Translations under genes and position numbers: made by a program | The notes under the pieces: model-generated | What the model was told of the DNA's origin: nothing | Seen by the model: only the letters and a program-made list of their open reading frames with translations | The model's database searches: none | Part shown: in pieces, positions 50,793-59,829 of the stretch | Layout: each line of letters begins with the position of its first letter | How positions within the stretch are numbered: the first letter of the stretch is position 1 | Assembly (NCBI GenBank): GCA_963771885.1 | Contig: CAVYVF010000023.1 | Location: 416,001-480,000, forward strand | Length of the DNA stretch: 64,000 bases | Source of the DNA: Candidatus Bathyarchaeota archaeon | GTDB lineage: Archaea > Thermoproteota > Bathyarchaeia > TCS64 | Reading direction: 5' to 3'

Positions 50793-51668
50793 ATGGTGAA
50801 GCCGTCTAGATTCAGCGAAATCGTCCCTGAACCGAGGGTCGAGAAGATCATCGGTGGGTTCCAATTCACCGAGGGGCCACTCTGGGCAGGTGGTAGGCTG
50901 CTCTTCTCCGACATCCCCGCGAGCACAATCTACAGTTGGACCCCCAGCGCCGATCACGCCGAGGTCTACAGGAGGCCTAGCGGGCGTAGCAACGGGCTCA
51001 CCCTCGACGGTAGCGGCCGCCTCATAGCCTGCGAGCACGACAGGCGACTCACCCGAACCGAGCCCGACGGCACCGTTGAGGTGCTCGCCGAGAGCTACAG
51101 GGGAAAGAAACTCAACAGCCCAAACGACGCCGTCGTAGCGAGGAGTGGAGCCATCTACTTCACCGACCCACCCTACGGCCTCGGCGACAAATGTGAGGGG
51201 AAGGAGCTACCCTACCAGGGCGTCTTCAGACTCGGCACCCGAGGGAAGCTCACCCTGCTAGACGATTCTTTCGAGCGCCCAAACGGCCTCGCTTTCAGCC
51301 CCGACGAGTCAAGGCTCTACATCGACGACACGGCGAAGCGCCACATCAGGGTCTTCGACGTGAGAAAAGACGGGTCGATTAGCGGAGGCGAGGTCTTCGC
51401 CGAGCTGAAGGGACCTAAGCGTGGTAACCCCGATGGCATGAAAGTCGACACTCATGGCAACGTCTTCTGCACAGGCTCGGGCGGCGTCTGGGTCATCGCA
51501 CCCTCCGGGGAACCGCTCGGCGTCATCGAGAGCCCCGAGGTCACAACAAACGTTGCGTGGGGCGACGCAGACCTCAAGACCCTATACATAACCGCGCAGA
51601 CGAGTGTATACAGAGTGAGGACGACAACAGGCGGTATTCATTCGCCTAATCTTATGCGTGCATCTTAG
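50793..51668 (+). CDS. SMP-30/gluconolactonase family protein
   Basis: FTEGPLW, SNGL, LNSPND, YFTDPPYG, PNGLAFSPDE, PDGMKVD. Confidence 0.93.
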   Translation: MVKPSRFSEIVPEPRVEKIIGGFQFTEGPLWAGGRLLFSDIPASTIYSWTPSADHAEVYRRPSGRSNGLTLDGSGRLIACEHDRRLTRTEPDGTVEVLAESYRGKKLNSPNDAVVARSGAIYFTDPPYGLGDKCEGKELPYQGVFRLGTRGKLTLLDDSFERPNGLAFSPDESRLYIDDTAKRHIRVFDVRKDGSISGGEVFAELKGPKRGNPDGMKVDTHGNVFCTGSGGVWVIAPSGEPLGVIESPEVTTNVAWGDADLKTLYITAQTSVYRVRTTTGGIHSPNLMRAS

Positions 51669-51721
51669 AAAATTAGTAAAACTCAGGTATCGATCGCTTC
51701 ATTAACCCTCTGCTCTGTTGC

Positions 51722-52492
51722 TCAGATTAGTGTAATGAGCCGCCCGAACCCGACATTTAGCTGCTTGATTCCGCCGTAGGAGTTTATGTAGCCCTTCTCA
51801 ACCCTGAGGCGCGCTCCAACCTTTACAACCTCGAACTGCTTGTCCCAGAGGACCATGACCACCCTACCTGTGGCGTCCTCGAGCGCGGCGTTGGCGACAG
51901 TGAGTTCTCCACCCGTCTTCTTCGACCGTACGGAGCGGGGGTACGACTTCTCCGTCACCTTGCCCTCGACTGTGACATTGCTCTGCCCGTCCCTTAGAGA
52001 GCCGATCGGCGCGATAGCCTCGTCGCCTGTGCGCTTCTCGAACCACCTAGTCTTGATCTTTGGGTCGCCATGCTCCCACCCGATCTGCCTGAAGCCCAAC
52101 GACTCTACGAAGGGCGGCACGCGTGTGTTCCACTCGGGAGTACCTAACGTCCAGATCGTCGCCTCAGGGTACCTCTCTCCGAGGAGTCCCACAACTTCGG
52201 AACCTATTCCCTCTCGTTGGTGATCAGGGTCGACGAAGAGTCTCTCGATGGTCGCGAGTGCCCCGCCTGCGCTTACCATGGCACCGCCGACGACCTCCTC
52301 CCCCTGAAGGACCGTGTAGCAGCCTAGGTACTTCAGTGAGCGCGTATAGAACGCGGGGGAGTCATATCCCTGTGGACCGCCAGGAGTTGGCGCACCATAT
52401 TCATCATCTGATCCGAAAGCCCTCTTCGCGATCTCGGCAAGGCGCTCTGAGTCTATCTCGGATGCCTCGACTAAGGTAACATCTGCGACCAT
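51722..52492 (-). CDS. GNAT acetyltransferase fused to an SSB/RPA-like OB fold
   Basis: LFVDPDHQREGIG and FVESLGF, then IGSLRDGQSNVTVEGKV...LEDATGRV.MVLWD...GYINSYGG..QLNVG. Confidence 0.85.
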   Translation of the reverse strand: MVADVTLVEASEIDSERLAEIAKRAFGSDDEYGAPTPGGPQGYDSPAFYTRSLKYLGCYTVLQGEEVVGGAMVSAGGALATIERLFVDPDHQREGIGSEVVGLLGERYPEATIWTLGTPEWNTRVPPFVESLGFRQIGWEHGDPKIKTRWFEKRTGDEAIAPIGSLRDGQSNVTVEGKVTEKSYPRSVRSKKTGGELTVANAALEDATGRVVMVLWDKQFEVVKVGARLRVEKGYINSYGGIKQLNVGFGRLITLI

Positions 52493-52716
52493 ACGCTCAC
52501 ACGACTATTACTTTTCTGCCTCTATATCTCGTGTCTGGTAGGAGAACGTTATGTCCCTTTTCATGTCCTATAAGGGCTAGGTCGCTGGTCGCTATGTCAC
52601 TTAGTAGCGCTTGGATGGTGGGCATATGAACGTGCAGTTCACGCGCGCGACAATGCATATAGTGATCTCTACCGCCAACGCTAAAGCCAGATCGCGACAA
52701 GATTGAAACGGTAATC

Positions 52717-53472
52717 ATGTCGGGAAGACTTGCCGATAGGACAGCCCTCGTCACGGGCGCTAGCAGGGGAATAGGGGAGGCCATAGCACTCGCACTGGGA
52801 GAGGCAGGTGCGGTGATCGCCCTTGTAGCGCGTGAACCTATACAGCTTAGGCATGTCGCAGAGAAGGCGGAGAAGATGGGGATACGGGCCGAGACATTTG
52901 TAGCCGACGTCTCAAACGAGGATGACGTAGAACGCCTTAGGGGCGAGGTCCTCGGTAGCCTCGGAACCGTTGACATTGTAGTCAACAACGCTGGCATCAA
53001 CATACGAAAGCCAATCACCGACTTCCCTGTCGAGGAGTGGCGTCGAGTCATAGACACTAACCTAGTCGGACCCTTCCTCGTCTGCAGAGCCTTCGTGCCT
53101 CAAATGAAGGGCCGGGGCTACGGGCGCGTAATAAACACGACATCGACCATGAGCCACGTCGCCACCGCTAATCGTACAGCCTACGCAGCGAGCAAGGCTG
53201 GGCTCCTTGGCTTCACACGAGCACTCGCCATTGAGCTTGCTCCCGAGAAGATCACTGTCAACGGAATCAGCCCCGGTTGGTTCGAGACAGAGCTAACCAA
53301 GCCCATCTGGAGCGACCCTGCAAAGAACGACGACCTCATCTCTAAGATACCCCTTGGACGCTGGGGTGACGTCGCCGATGTCGCGAAGCTCGCCGTCTAT
53401 CTATGCACAGAGGAGGCTGGCTACATAACCGGCACCGACGTAAGGATCGACGGCGGATACACGGCGCAGTAG
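52717..53472 (+). CDS. SDR family oxidoreductase (KduD/IdnO-like)
   Basis: TGASRGIG, NNAGINIR, YAASK, IDGG. Confidence 0.92.
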   Translation: MSGRLADRTALVTGASRGIGEAIALALGEAGAVIALVAREPIQLRHVAEKAEKMGIRAETFVADVSNEDDVERLRGEVLGSLGTVDIVVNNAGINIRKPITDFPVEEWRRVIDTNLVGPFLVCRAFVPQMKGRGYGRVINTTSTMSHVATANRTAYAASKAGLLGFTRALAIELAPEKITVNGISPGWFETELTKPIWSDPAKNDDLISKIPLGRWGDVADVAKLAVYLCTEEAGYITGTDVRIDGGYTAQ

Positions 53473-54024
53473 CTATCCAATGTACCTGTCGTAGAGCGCC
53501 TTGACGTTCTCGGAGGTGAGTTCCAGCCTCATCTCCACCCCGATACTCGGATCTCTGTTCGTGACGCGGAAACCGAACTTACCCCAATACTCTACGAGCC
53601 TCCGCCCCGACTCGTCCTCGTCCTCCGTGATGCATTTTACCGCCTTGTACCCCGCCTCGTAGCTGTAGAGCGCGTCAAGCGCGGTCAGCACGGCTCCAAC
53701 GCCCTTTCTCTCGATTAGGGTCGCGGCGCTGTCTCCGAAGTACGCGTCCTCCGCGGAGTCTGTATAGCCAAGGTCGAAGGCGAAAGGTTTGCCGTCGAGT
53801 GTGAAGAGTATTACCGTGAAACCCTTTTTCTTTGACCTCTCGACGAGTTCATTTACGTTGTATTGCAGCTCCTGGCGGAATTTCCTGTTCTCTATCTCTT
53901 CGACTATGCGAGCTAGCCCCGAGGGAAACTCGTGATGGACAGTTATCCTGCACTCTCCTCCGAGAACCCCGCTAAGCTTCGCCTCAGCCCTTGCCAGCGC
54001 GTCTCGTAGATTTGGAACACTCAT
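53473..54024 (-). CDS. GNAT-like hypothetical protein, paralogue A
   Basis: ERKGVG, LVEYWGKFGF; closely similar to 54798-55370. Confidence 0.75.
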   Translation of the reverse strand: MSVPNLRDALARAEAKLSGVLGGECRITVHHEFPSGLARIVEEIENRKFRQELQYNVNELVERSKKKGFTVILFTLDGKPFAFDLGYTDSAEDAYFGDSAATLIERKGVGAVLTALDALYSYEAGYKAVKCITEDEDESGRRLVEYWGKFGFRVTNRDPSIGVEMRLELTSENVKALYDRYIG

Positions 54025-54074
54025 TAAATCTGGAACTGTCGATGGTGTTTTTATAATGTCGTACTCCCCGGGGT

Positions 54075-54755
54075 CTAGATTCTATCTGGGTAGTCGGAGA
54101 TGATGCCATCCACATCGAGCTTTGATAATCTCTGGATATCCGCAGGAATGTTCACGGTCCACGGATAAACCCGGAGACCAGCTTCGTGTGCGCGATTCAT
54201 ATATGCAGTGTTGATTCTGCTGTGATGAGGATTGACACAAAAAGCATCGAGCTCAGCTGCGGTGGTTAGTGCTCCCTCCATGTCCTCGTAAGTGAGTGGA
54301 CCGAGACGTGTCTCCTCCGACAGCTCACGCATCCTCCCGAGCATCCTCCAATCGAAGGATGTAATGAGCACGTCGTCTAGGCGCCATTCCCCCCTCTTGA
54401 ACGCACGGGTTATGAAGTCGTGGACAGAGTCGGAAGTTCCTTTCCCCTTCAGTTCAATGTTGATGCCTACACTCCCCCTCATCGTGGAGAACACCTCCGC
54501 GAGTGTTGGTATCTTCTCGCCGATCCCCGCGTCGAGAGCCTTCAGTTCGTTAAGGGTCAAGTTGGCTATGGTTCCTGAGCCGTTTGTCGTTCGATTTACG
54601 GTTTCGTCGTGGATGACCACGATTTCACTCGAGGCACAAACATGCACGTCCAACTCAACCATATCAGCGCCGAGGGAGACTGCCGCTTTAAAGCTACGAA
54701 GGGTGTTCTCAGGCTCGTATCCAGCAGCTCCCCTATGCCCTATCTTGAGGACCAT
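54075..54755 (-). CDS. Glycerophosphodiester phosphodiesterase
   Basis: GHRGA...PENTL, ELDV, HD, NIELK, WTVN, GIISDYP. Confidence 0.93.
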   Translation of the reverse strand: MVLKIGHRGAAGYEPENTLRSFKAAVSLGADMVELDVHVCASSEIVVIHDETVNRTTNGSGTIANLTLNELKALDAGIGEKIPTLAEVFSTMRGSVGINIELKGKGTSDSVHDFITRAFKRGEWRLDDVLITSFDWRMLGRMRELSEETRLGPLTYEDMEGALTTAAELDAFCVNPHHSRINTAYMNRAHEAGLRVYPWTVNIPADIQRLSKLDVDGIISDYPDRI

Positions 54756-54797
54756 GATGTGAACTTGACGCGAAGCCTAATGAAGGAAACGGATAAC

Positions 54798-55370
54798 CTA
54801 GGGTAAGTACTTGGCCAGAAGTCCCTGTACGACGGCGGGTGTGAGTTCTAGTCTCATCTCGACGCCTATCTTCGGGTTGCGGTTCGTGACGAGAAACCCG
54901 AAGCGCCCCCAGTATTCTACTAGCCTGCGCCCTGACTCGTCCAGGTCCTCGGTTATCATTTTTTCTGACTTGTACCCGTTCTCGATGCAGTAGAGTGTCT
55001 CGAGGGCCGTGAGAACCGAGGCTATACCCTTTCTCTCGATTAGGGTGGCGGCGCTGTCAGAGAAGTAGGCGCCACTCTCAGGGTCGTCGAATCCGAAGAC
55101 GAAGGCGATGGGCCTCTCCTCGAGGTAGACTATGAAGCAGGTGAAACCTTTCTTCTTGGAGCGATTCGTGATTTCGCGCTCGCTGTATCTGAGCTCGCTC
55201 CTGAAGCGCTCGTCCTCGATCTCGCTTATGATCTTGAGGAGATCCTTGTTGATCTCGTGGTAGACCGCTATCCTACATGTACCGCCGAGGGCGCTGCCGA
55301 GCTTTGCCTCGGCTCGCTTGACGTATTCGCTAAAAACAGGCGCCCCTGAATCCATTTCGACCCATATCAC
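54798..55370 (-). CDS. GNAT-like hypothetical protein, paralogue B
   Basis: ERKGIA, LVEYWGRFGF; closely similar to 53473-54024. Confidence 0.75.
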   Translation of the reverse strand: MIWVEMDSGAPVFSEYVKRAEAKLGSALGGTCRIAVYHEINKDLLKIISEIEDERFRSELRYSEREITNRSKKKGFTCFIVYLEERPIAFVFGFDDPESGAYFSDSAATLIERKGIASVLTALETLYCIENGYKSEKMITEDLDESGRRLVEYWGRFGFLVTNRNPKIGVEMRLELTPAVVQGLLAKYLP

Positions 55371-55482
55371 TTCCGACGGTTTTTATATCTATCTCCTCCA
55401 TAGGGGCAACTCGCAGGTTTTAAGAGGCGCCGAAGCCATGCGCCCCTGATAGGCGAGGGCGGTGAGGCTAGACAGAAGGGAC

Positions 55483-57123
55483 GCGGCGATCGCTGTGGCG
55501 ATCACGGTTATCTTCTTCGTCTCCGCCGCCTACAACGTTGGGTTCAGAGAGATACCTTCGACACCGTGGCGGGTCAGGCAGGGGGACATCATCCTAACCC
55601 TCGCCGAGCCTGCGAGTGTATCAACTATCTACATCTACGCATCCTCCGACACCGATATCACGGCGAGCTTCTCGGTGCCGATCGAGGGTATGTGGAGGGA
55701 CAGGGCGTGGATGAACAACCACACATACTACAAGTGGATACCCGTCGAATTCAACCAGACAATCACCGAAAGAATACGGATGCGCCTCTACTTCAACGCG
55801 GGGGACATCTTCGAGATCGCCGCGGTCGACACGAACTTGAACCAGATCATCTTCACCAAAGCGGAGTCCACCAACCTCGAAAATACCCCCATTGGTAATC
55901 TCATCGACGAGCAGGGACTCTTCGAAAACCCCCCGACCTACAGGTCGGAGTCTATGTTCGACGAGGAGCTATTCGTCCGAGCCTCCCAGCAGCTCCTGAA
56001 CGGCGAGGAGCCTACAGCTGAGGAGACGCATCCTCCGCTGGGCAAGCTCATCATAGCCGCGAGCATCTCGATCCTCGGCTTCAACCCATTCGCCTGGAGG
56101 ATACCCGCCGTGCTCTTCGCGTCGCTGATGATTCCGATCATCTACGCTCTCGGGCTGGGACTGTTCAAGACGCGCGCCGCGGCAACGATCGCCTCCACCC
56201 TACTAGCTCTCGACTTCATGCACTTCACCATGGGGCGTGTGGGGACCGTTGACACCTATCTAGTCTTCTTCATATTACTCTCGACTCTCCTCTTCTATCT
56301 CAACTACGAGAAGATGACACTAGGTGCAGAACCCGACTATCGACTAATCGCATTAGCCCTTGTCTCCTTCAGCCTCGCATTCTCCGTCAAATGGATTGCG
56401 ATATTCGGCTTCATAGGCGAGGCTGTGCTTTTCTTAATCGCCGGCGTCTACAGCGCGGACCGCAGGGGAAACGTAGTAGCACGGCTCAAGTCACTCGCCA
56501 AGCCGATCGCGGTTATCGCCTGCCTCACCCCCCTAATCGGCGCAGGCGTCTACTTCGCCACATGGATCCCATACGCGGGGCTTGGGCACGACCTGGGCGA
56601 TATCTGGGCGGCACAGTGGGGGATGCTCGGCTACCACTCCGAGATGGGCCAATACTCGCACCCGAACGCCTCAGGCTGGTACGAGTGGCCCCTCGCCCTC
56701 AAGTTCCTCCCATTCACATCCGATAGACTCCAAGGCGATTTATACTCAGGCATCTCCGCACTCGGGAACCCCGTCCTCTGGTGGATCGGGCTAGTCGCGA
56801 TAATACTCTCAATACTAGACGCCGCCAAGCTGAAGTGGCCCCAACTCTTCCTCGGGGCTCTCTACCTCGCCCAGCTCATCCCCTACGCCCTCATCTCCCG
56901 CTACCTATTCATCTACCACTACTACGCGGAGGTCCCCCTACTCGCTCTAGCCACAGCGGGGCTCACCCACGAGCTATGGTACGCCCCAAAACAGAGGAAA
57001 TACATCTTATTACTCGTCGCGATCGCGGCGATAGTATTCGTCGCATTCTACCCCGTCATCTCGGGGCAGATCGTCCCACGCTGGTATATCGATTACCTGC
57101 GGGTCCTCGGATGGAGGTTCTAA
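55483..57123 (+). CDS. Protein O-mannosyltransferase-like (PMT/GT39) membrane glycosyltransferase
   Basis: FDE, HPPLGKLII, AWR, VKW, HP..S.W..WP, GNP.LWW, FIYHY; N-terminal extracellular domain. Confidence 0.85.
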   Translation, partial: AAIAVAITVIFFVSAAYNVGFREIPSTPWRVRQGDIILTLAEPASVSTIYIYASSDTDITASFSVPIEGMWRDRAWMNNHTYYKWIPVEFNQTITERIRMRLYFNAGDIFEIAAVDTNLNQIIFTKAESTNLENTPIGNLIDEQGLFENPPTYRSESMFDEELFVRASQQLLNGEEPTAEETHPPLGKLIIAASISILGFNPFAWRIPAVLFASLMIPIIYALGLGLFKTRAAATIASTLLALDFMHFTMGRVGTVDTYLVFFILLSTLLFYLNYEKMTLGAEPDYRLIALALVSFSLAFSVKWIAIFGFIGEAVLFLIAGVYSADRRGNVVARLKSLAKPIAVIACLTPLIGAGVYFATWIPYAGLGHDLGDIWAAQWGMLGYHSEMGQYSHPNASGWYEWPLALKFLPFTSDRLQGDLYSGISALGNPVLWWIGLVAIILSILDAAKLKWPQLFLGALYLAQLIPYALISRYLFIYHYYAEVPLLALATAGLTHELWYAPKQRKYILLLVAIAAIVFVAFYPVISGQIVPRWYIDYLRVLGWRF

Positions 57124-57124
57124 C

Positions 57125-57838
57125 ATGAATGATATTGAGGTAAGCCTCGTGTTCCCCGCCTACAACGAGGCTGGGGACATAGAACGCTCTGTCAACGCAG
57201 CGCTTGAGGAGCTAAAGCAGATCACGCCACGCTTCGAGGTCATAGTCGCAGAGGACGGAAGTACGGACGGCACCGCCGAGATCGCTAAGCGGCTCGCCCG
57301 GGAGCACCCTGAGGTGCGACACATCCACAGCGCGGATCGCCTAGGTCGGGGTGAGGCTCTGAAAAGGGCGTTCAAGGAGGCGAGTGGGTGCATCCTCGTC
57401 TATATGGACGTCGACCTCGCCACAGACATACACAAACTCGGCGAGCTCATAGACGCGATACGCGGCGGAGCAGACATCGCGACGGGCTCACGCCTTCTCC
57501 CAGATAGCAGGGTGAAACGCTCGGCGCGCAGAAGCTTCGCATCGCAATCCTACAACACCCTCATCAAGGTGCTCTTCAACACGCCCGTGCACGACCACCA
57601 GTGCGGCTTCAAGGCCTTCAAGCGAGAGAGCCTCATGGGCTTCATCGACGATGTCGAGGACAGGCACTGGTTCTGGGACACAGAGGTGCTCATCAGAGGG
57701 GCGAGAAAGGGTCTCAAGGTCGTCGAGATACCCGTCGACTGGTCAGAGGCGAGGGGGACGAAGGTCAAGCTCCTCAGGGACTCGTGGAGGATGGGCTCTA
57801 AGGCCCTGAGCCTCTGGTGGAGCCTGCACACCTCGTAG
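57125..57838 (+). CDS. Polyprenol-phosphate glycosyltransferase (DPM1/AglD-like GT2)
   Basis: FPAYNE, EDGSTDGT, GRGEA, MDVDL, DHQCGFKAF, FWDTE. Confidence 0.9.
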   Translation: MNDIEVSLVFPAYNEAGDIERSVNAALEELKQITPRFEVIVAEDGSTDGTAEIAKRLAREHPEVRHIHSADRLGRGEALKRAFKEASGCILVYMDVDLATDIHKLGELIDAIRGGADIATGSRLLPDSRVKRSARRSFASQSYNTLIKVLFNTPVHDHQCGFKAFKRESLMGFIDDVEDRHWFWDTEVLIRGARKGLKVVEIPVDWSEARGTKVKLLRDSWRMGSKALSLWWSLHTS

Positions 57839-57886
57839 CGGGCAACGGCTGTTATTAACGCAGTGCGACAAGATAGACCGATACAC

Positions 57887-59048
57887 ATGCCTAGGAAGAA
57901 CCTCTTCAACTCCTCAACCGTGGAATCGATGCTACGCGCACCGGGATTGAAGTGGCACACGAACCCTCCCGACGTCATTCCAATGTGGATTGCCGCCCCC
58001 GACTTCCCAATCGCACCTGAAGTCAAGCAGGCTCTCCGCGACGCCGTCGAAGCGGAGGACGTATTCTACAACACCGACACAGCCGCGAAGGCGGCAATGG
58101 CTGAGAAGATCATCCGATTCAACAAGATCAGCGTCACACCAGACGATATTCAAGTCATACAGGGAGTCGATCCCAGCCTCTGGCTCGCAGCGAAATACGC
58201 ATGCAAGCCGGGCGACGAGGTCATACTCACGGACCCTATGTACACGCCCTTCAAGAATGGACTCGACGCAGCAGGCGCCAAGGCGGTCTACTGGAAGCTC
58301 GACGAAGACGATGGTTACCGCTTCGACGAGGAGACGCTGAAGAAACTCGATCACAAAGAGGACGCGCCTCATCGGCGTCTGCAACCCACACAACCCCACC
58401 GGACGCGTCATGACGAAAAAGGAGCTCAAGGCGATAGCCGACGTAGCCGCCGAGAAGAAGATCAACATCGTCTCCGACGAGCTTTGGGAGGACATCGTCT
58501 TCGACGACCACCAGCACCTCAGCATAGCGAGCCTCAGCCCCGAGGTCAGCGACCTCACACTCACAAGCTGGGGCTTCAGCAAGACGTTCGGAGTCGCAGG
58601 GCTACAGCTAGGTTACATGGCTACTACGAACAAGGCGATGATGGCTGAGATGCGTAAAGCCTCGACGGGGATACAGCGAGGCTCAAACACCCTTGCCAAA
58701 GCAATAGCACCCGTCATGCTCGGCTCAAAGACCAACTACTGGCGCCGCGACATGATGAAACACCTCACAAAGATCAGGAACCTCTGCGCCAAGAGGATGA
58801 ACGCGATGAACGGAGTCACATTCCCCGACCTCGAAGGCACATACGTCCCCTTCCCACGCTTCGACCTCGGCATCCCCAGTAAGGAACTCGCTGAGCGTCT
58901 CATCAAGGAGTACAAGGTCGGTCTCAGCGCAGGCATCGGCTTCGGACCCCTCGGCGAGAACCACCTCCGGATATGCATCGCCACGAGCGAGGCGATAATG
59001 CTGGAGGGCCTCAACAGGATCGAGTCTGCTACAAAGAAGCTCGGTTGA
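57887..59048 (+). CDS. PLP-dependent class I/II aminotransferase (MalY/PatB-like), frameshift at ~58349
   Basis: IPMWIA..DF, CNPHNPTGR (after shift), SDELW, SKTFGVAGL, LRIC.A. Confidence 0.88.
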
Positions 59049-59082
59049 TCCCTTTTTTAGCCCGTCAGTTATACTCAATCTC

Positions 59083-59779
59083 ATGATCCCCGCCGTCATT
59101 ACGAAGATCACGCAGGCGACACCCACCATAAGAGCTCTCAGGATTGAGCCACGAGGCAGCTTTTCATTCAAAGCAGGGCAGTGGATCGACTTCTACGCCG
59201 ACGTAGCCGGGGAGAGGCGCGTCGCAGGCTACTCGATGACGAGCTCCCCGCTTTCAAAGGACTTCTTCGACCTCGCCGTGAAGAACGTGGGCGAGAACCC
59301 CGTGACGAGGCACATTCACGCCGACGCCCGAGAGGGGGAGATCGTCCACGTCGACGGCGGGAACGGGGAAATATTCTACGAGGCGGGCGCCGCGAAGAAC
59401 GTAGTACTTCTCGCCGGGGGAATCGGCATCTCCCCCCACATGAGCATATTCAGGTACATCGACGAAGGCGACCCCGCCGCCCAGGCCACACTAATCTACA
59501 GCGCCGCGAGCGGAGACGAGTTAATCTTCCGTAGCGAGATCGAGGAGATCACGCGCCGCAACCCACGCATGAAGGCGCTGCTAACTGTCACCGACGACGC
59601 CTCAGGCTGGATTGGGCGTGTGGGAAAAATTGACGAGGCGACTCATACGCGAGGCTGGGGTCGACCCCGAGGCACTCTACTACATCTGCGGGCCACCCCC
59701 TATGATCCACGGGCTCGTCGACACCCTACGCGAGCTCGGCATTCGCAGGAAGCAGATGCGCTACGAGCTCTGGTGGTAG
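59083..59779 (+). CDS. FAD/NAD-binding ferredoxin reductase-like oxidoreductase, frameshift at ~59641
   Basis: FKAGQW, GYSMTS, LAGGIGISP; after shift YYICGPPPM...YELWW-stop. Confidence 0.85.
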
Positions 59780-59829
59780 GGCGGGTAACCTCTTATCCCC
59801 CCGCCACCGCCATTCAAGGCGAAGCTAAG

